DNA from: Octopus bimaculoides
Lineage: Eukaryota
Direction: 5' to 3'
Length of the DNA: 64,000 bases
NCBI RefSeq assembly: GCF_001194135.2
Contig: NC_068987.1
Location: forward strand, 28,136,625 to 28,200,624
The stretch's first letter is position 1. The number at the start of each line of letters is the position of its first letter. Made by a program: the position numbers and the translations under genes. Under the pieces are notes generated by a model that did not search any database, was not told the DNA's origin, and saw only the letters and a list, made by a program, of their open reading frames with translations. Below, piece after piece: positions 63,831 to 64,000 of the stretch.

Positions 63831-64000
63831 AATCCTTGGATGAAATTTATAAATAATTTAACGGATCGCTACGCGCGTTTCCACAATTTACATGTCACTT
63901 AAGATCACAGCTCATATTTCTGGAATGATTACAGTGTAGTCCGTAGTGTACAATCCACCCTAAAATGGTTCACCAATCAACATATATATATATATATATA

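Overview
AT-rich, repeat-saturated eukaryotic draft-assembly DNA with ten N gaps, most of them bordered by (TA)n-type microsatellites. The SINE families, microsatellite load and transposon mix fit an octopus (coleoid cephalopod) genome; this is inferred from recalled repeat families and was not searched. I cannot support any intact host protein-coding gene. Most ORFs in the track are microsatellite or gap artefacts, or antisense frames of decayed transposons. Recognisable content: a Tc1 and a mariner transposase pseudogene, four Dong/R4-type non-LTR remnants, a Penelope-like RT/GIY-YIG remnant, RTE-like 3' fragments, a hAT MITE with an 8-bp TSD, and more than 30 SINE copies from three families. 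Two CpG-rich promoter-like islands lie at about 27.2 kb and 53.3 kb. The most unusual signal is a near-canonical minimal type I hammerhead ribozyme motif, duplicated in a ~285-bp inverted repeat at 24.1-24.8 kb that splits a SINE. Next is a stack of SINE plus two Dong/R4 fragments in TAA microsatellite, where both fragments start at the same nucleotide. All alignments, translations and coordinates were done by eye; edges of degenerate repeats are approximate.
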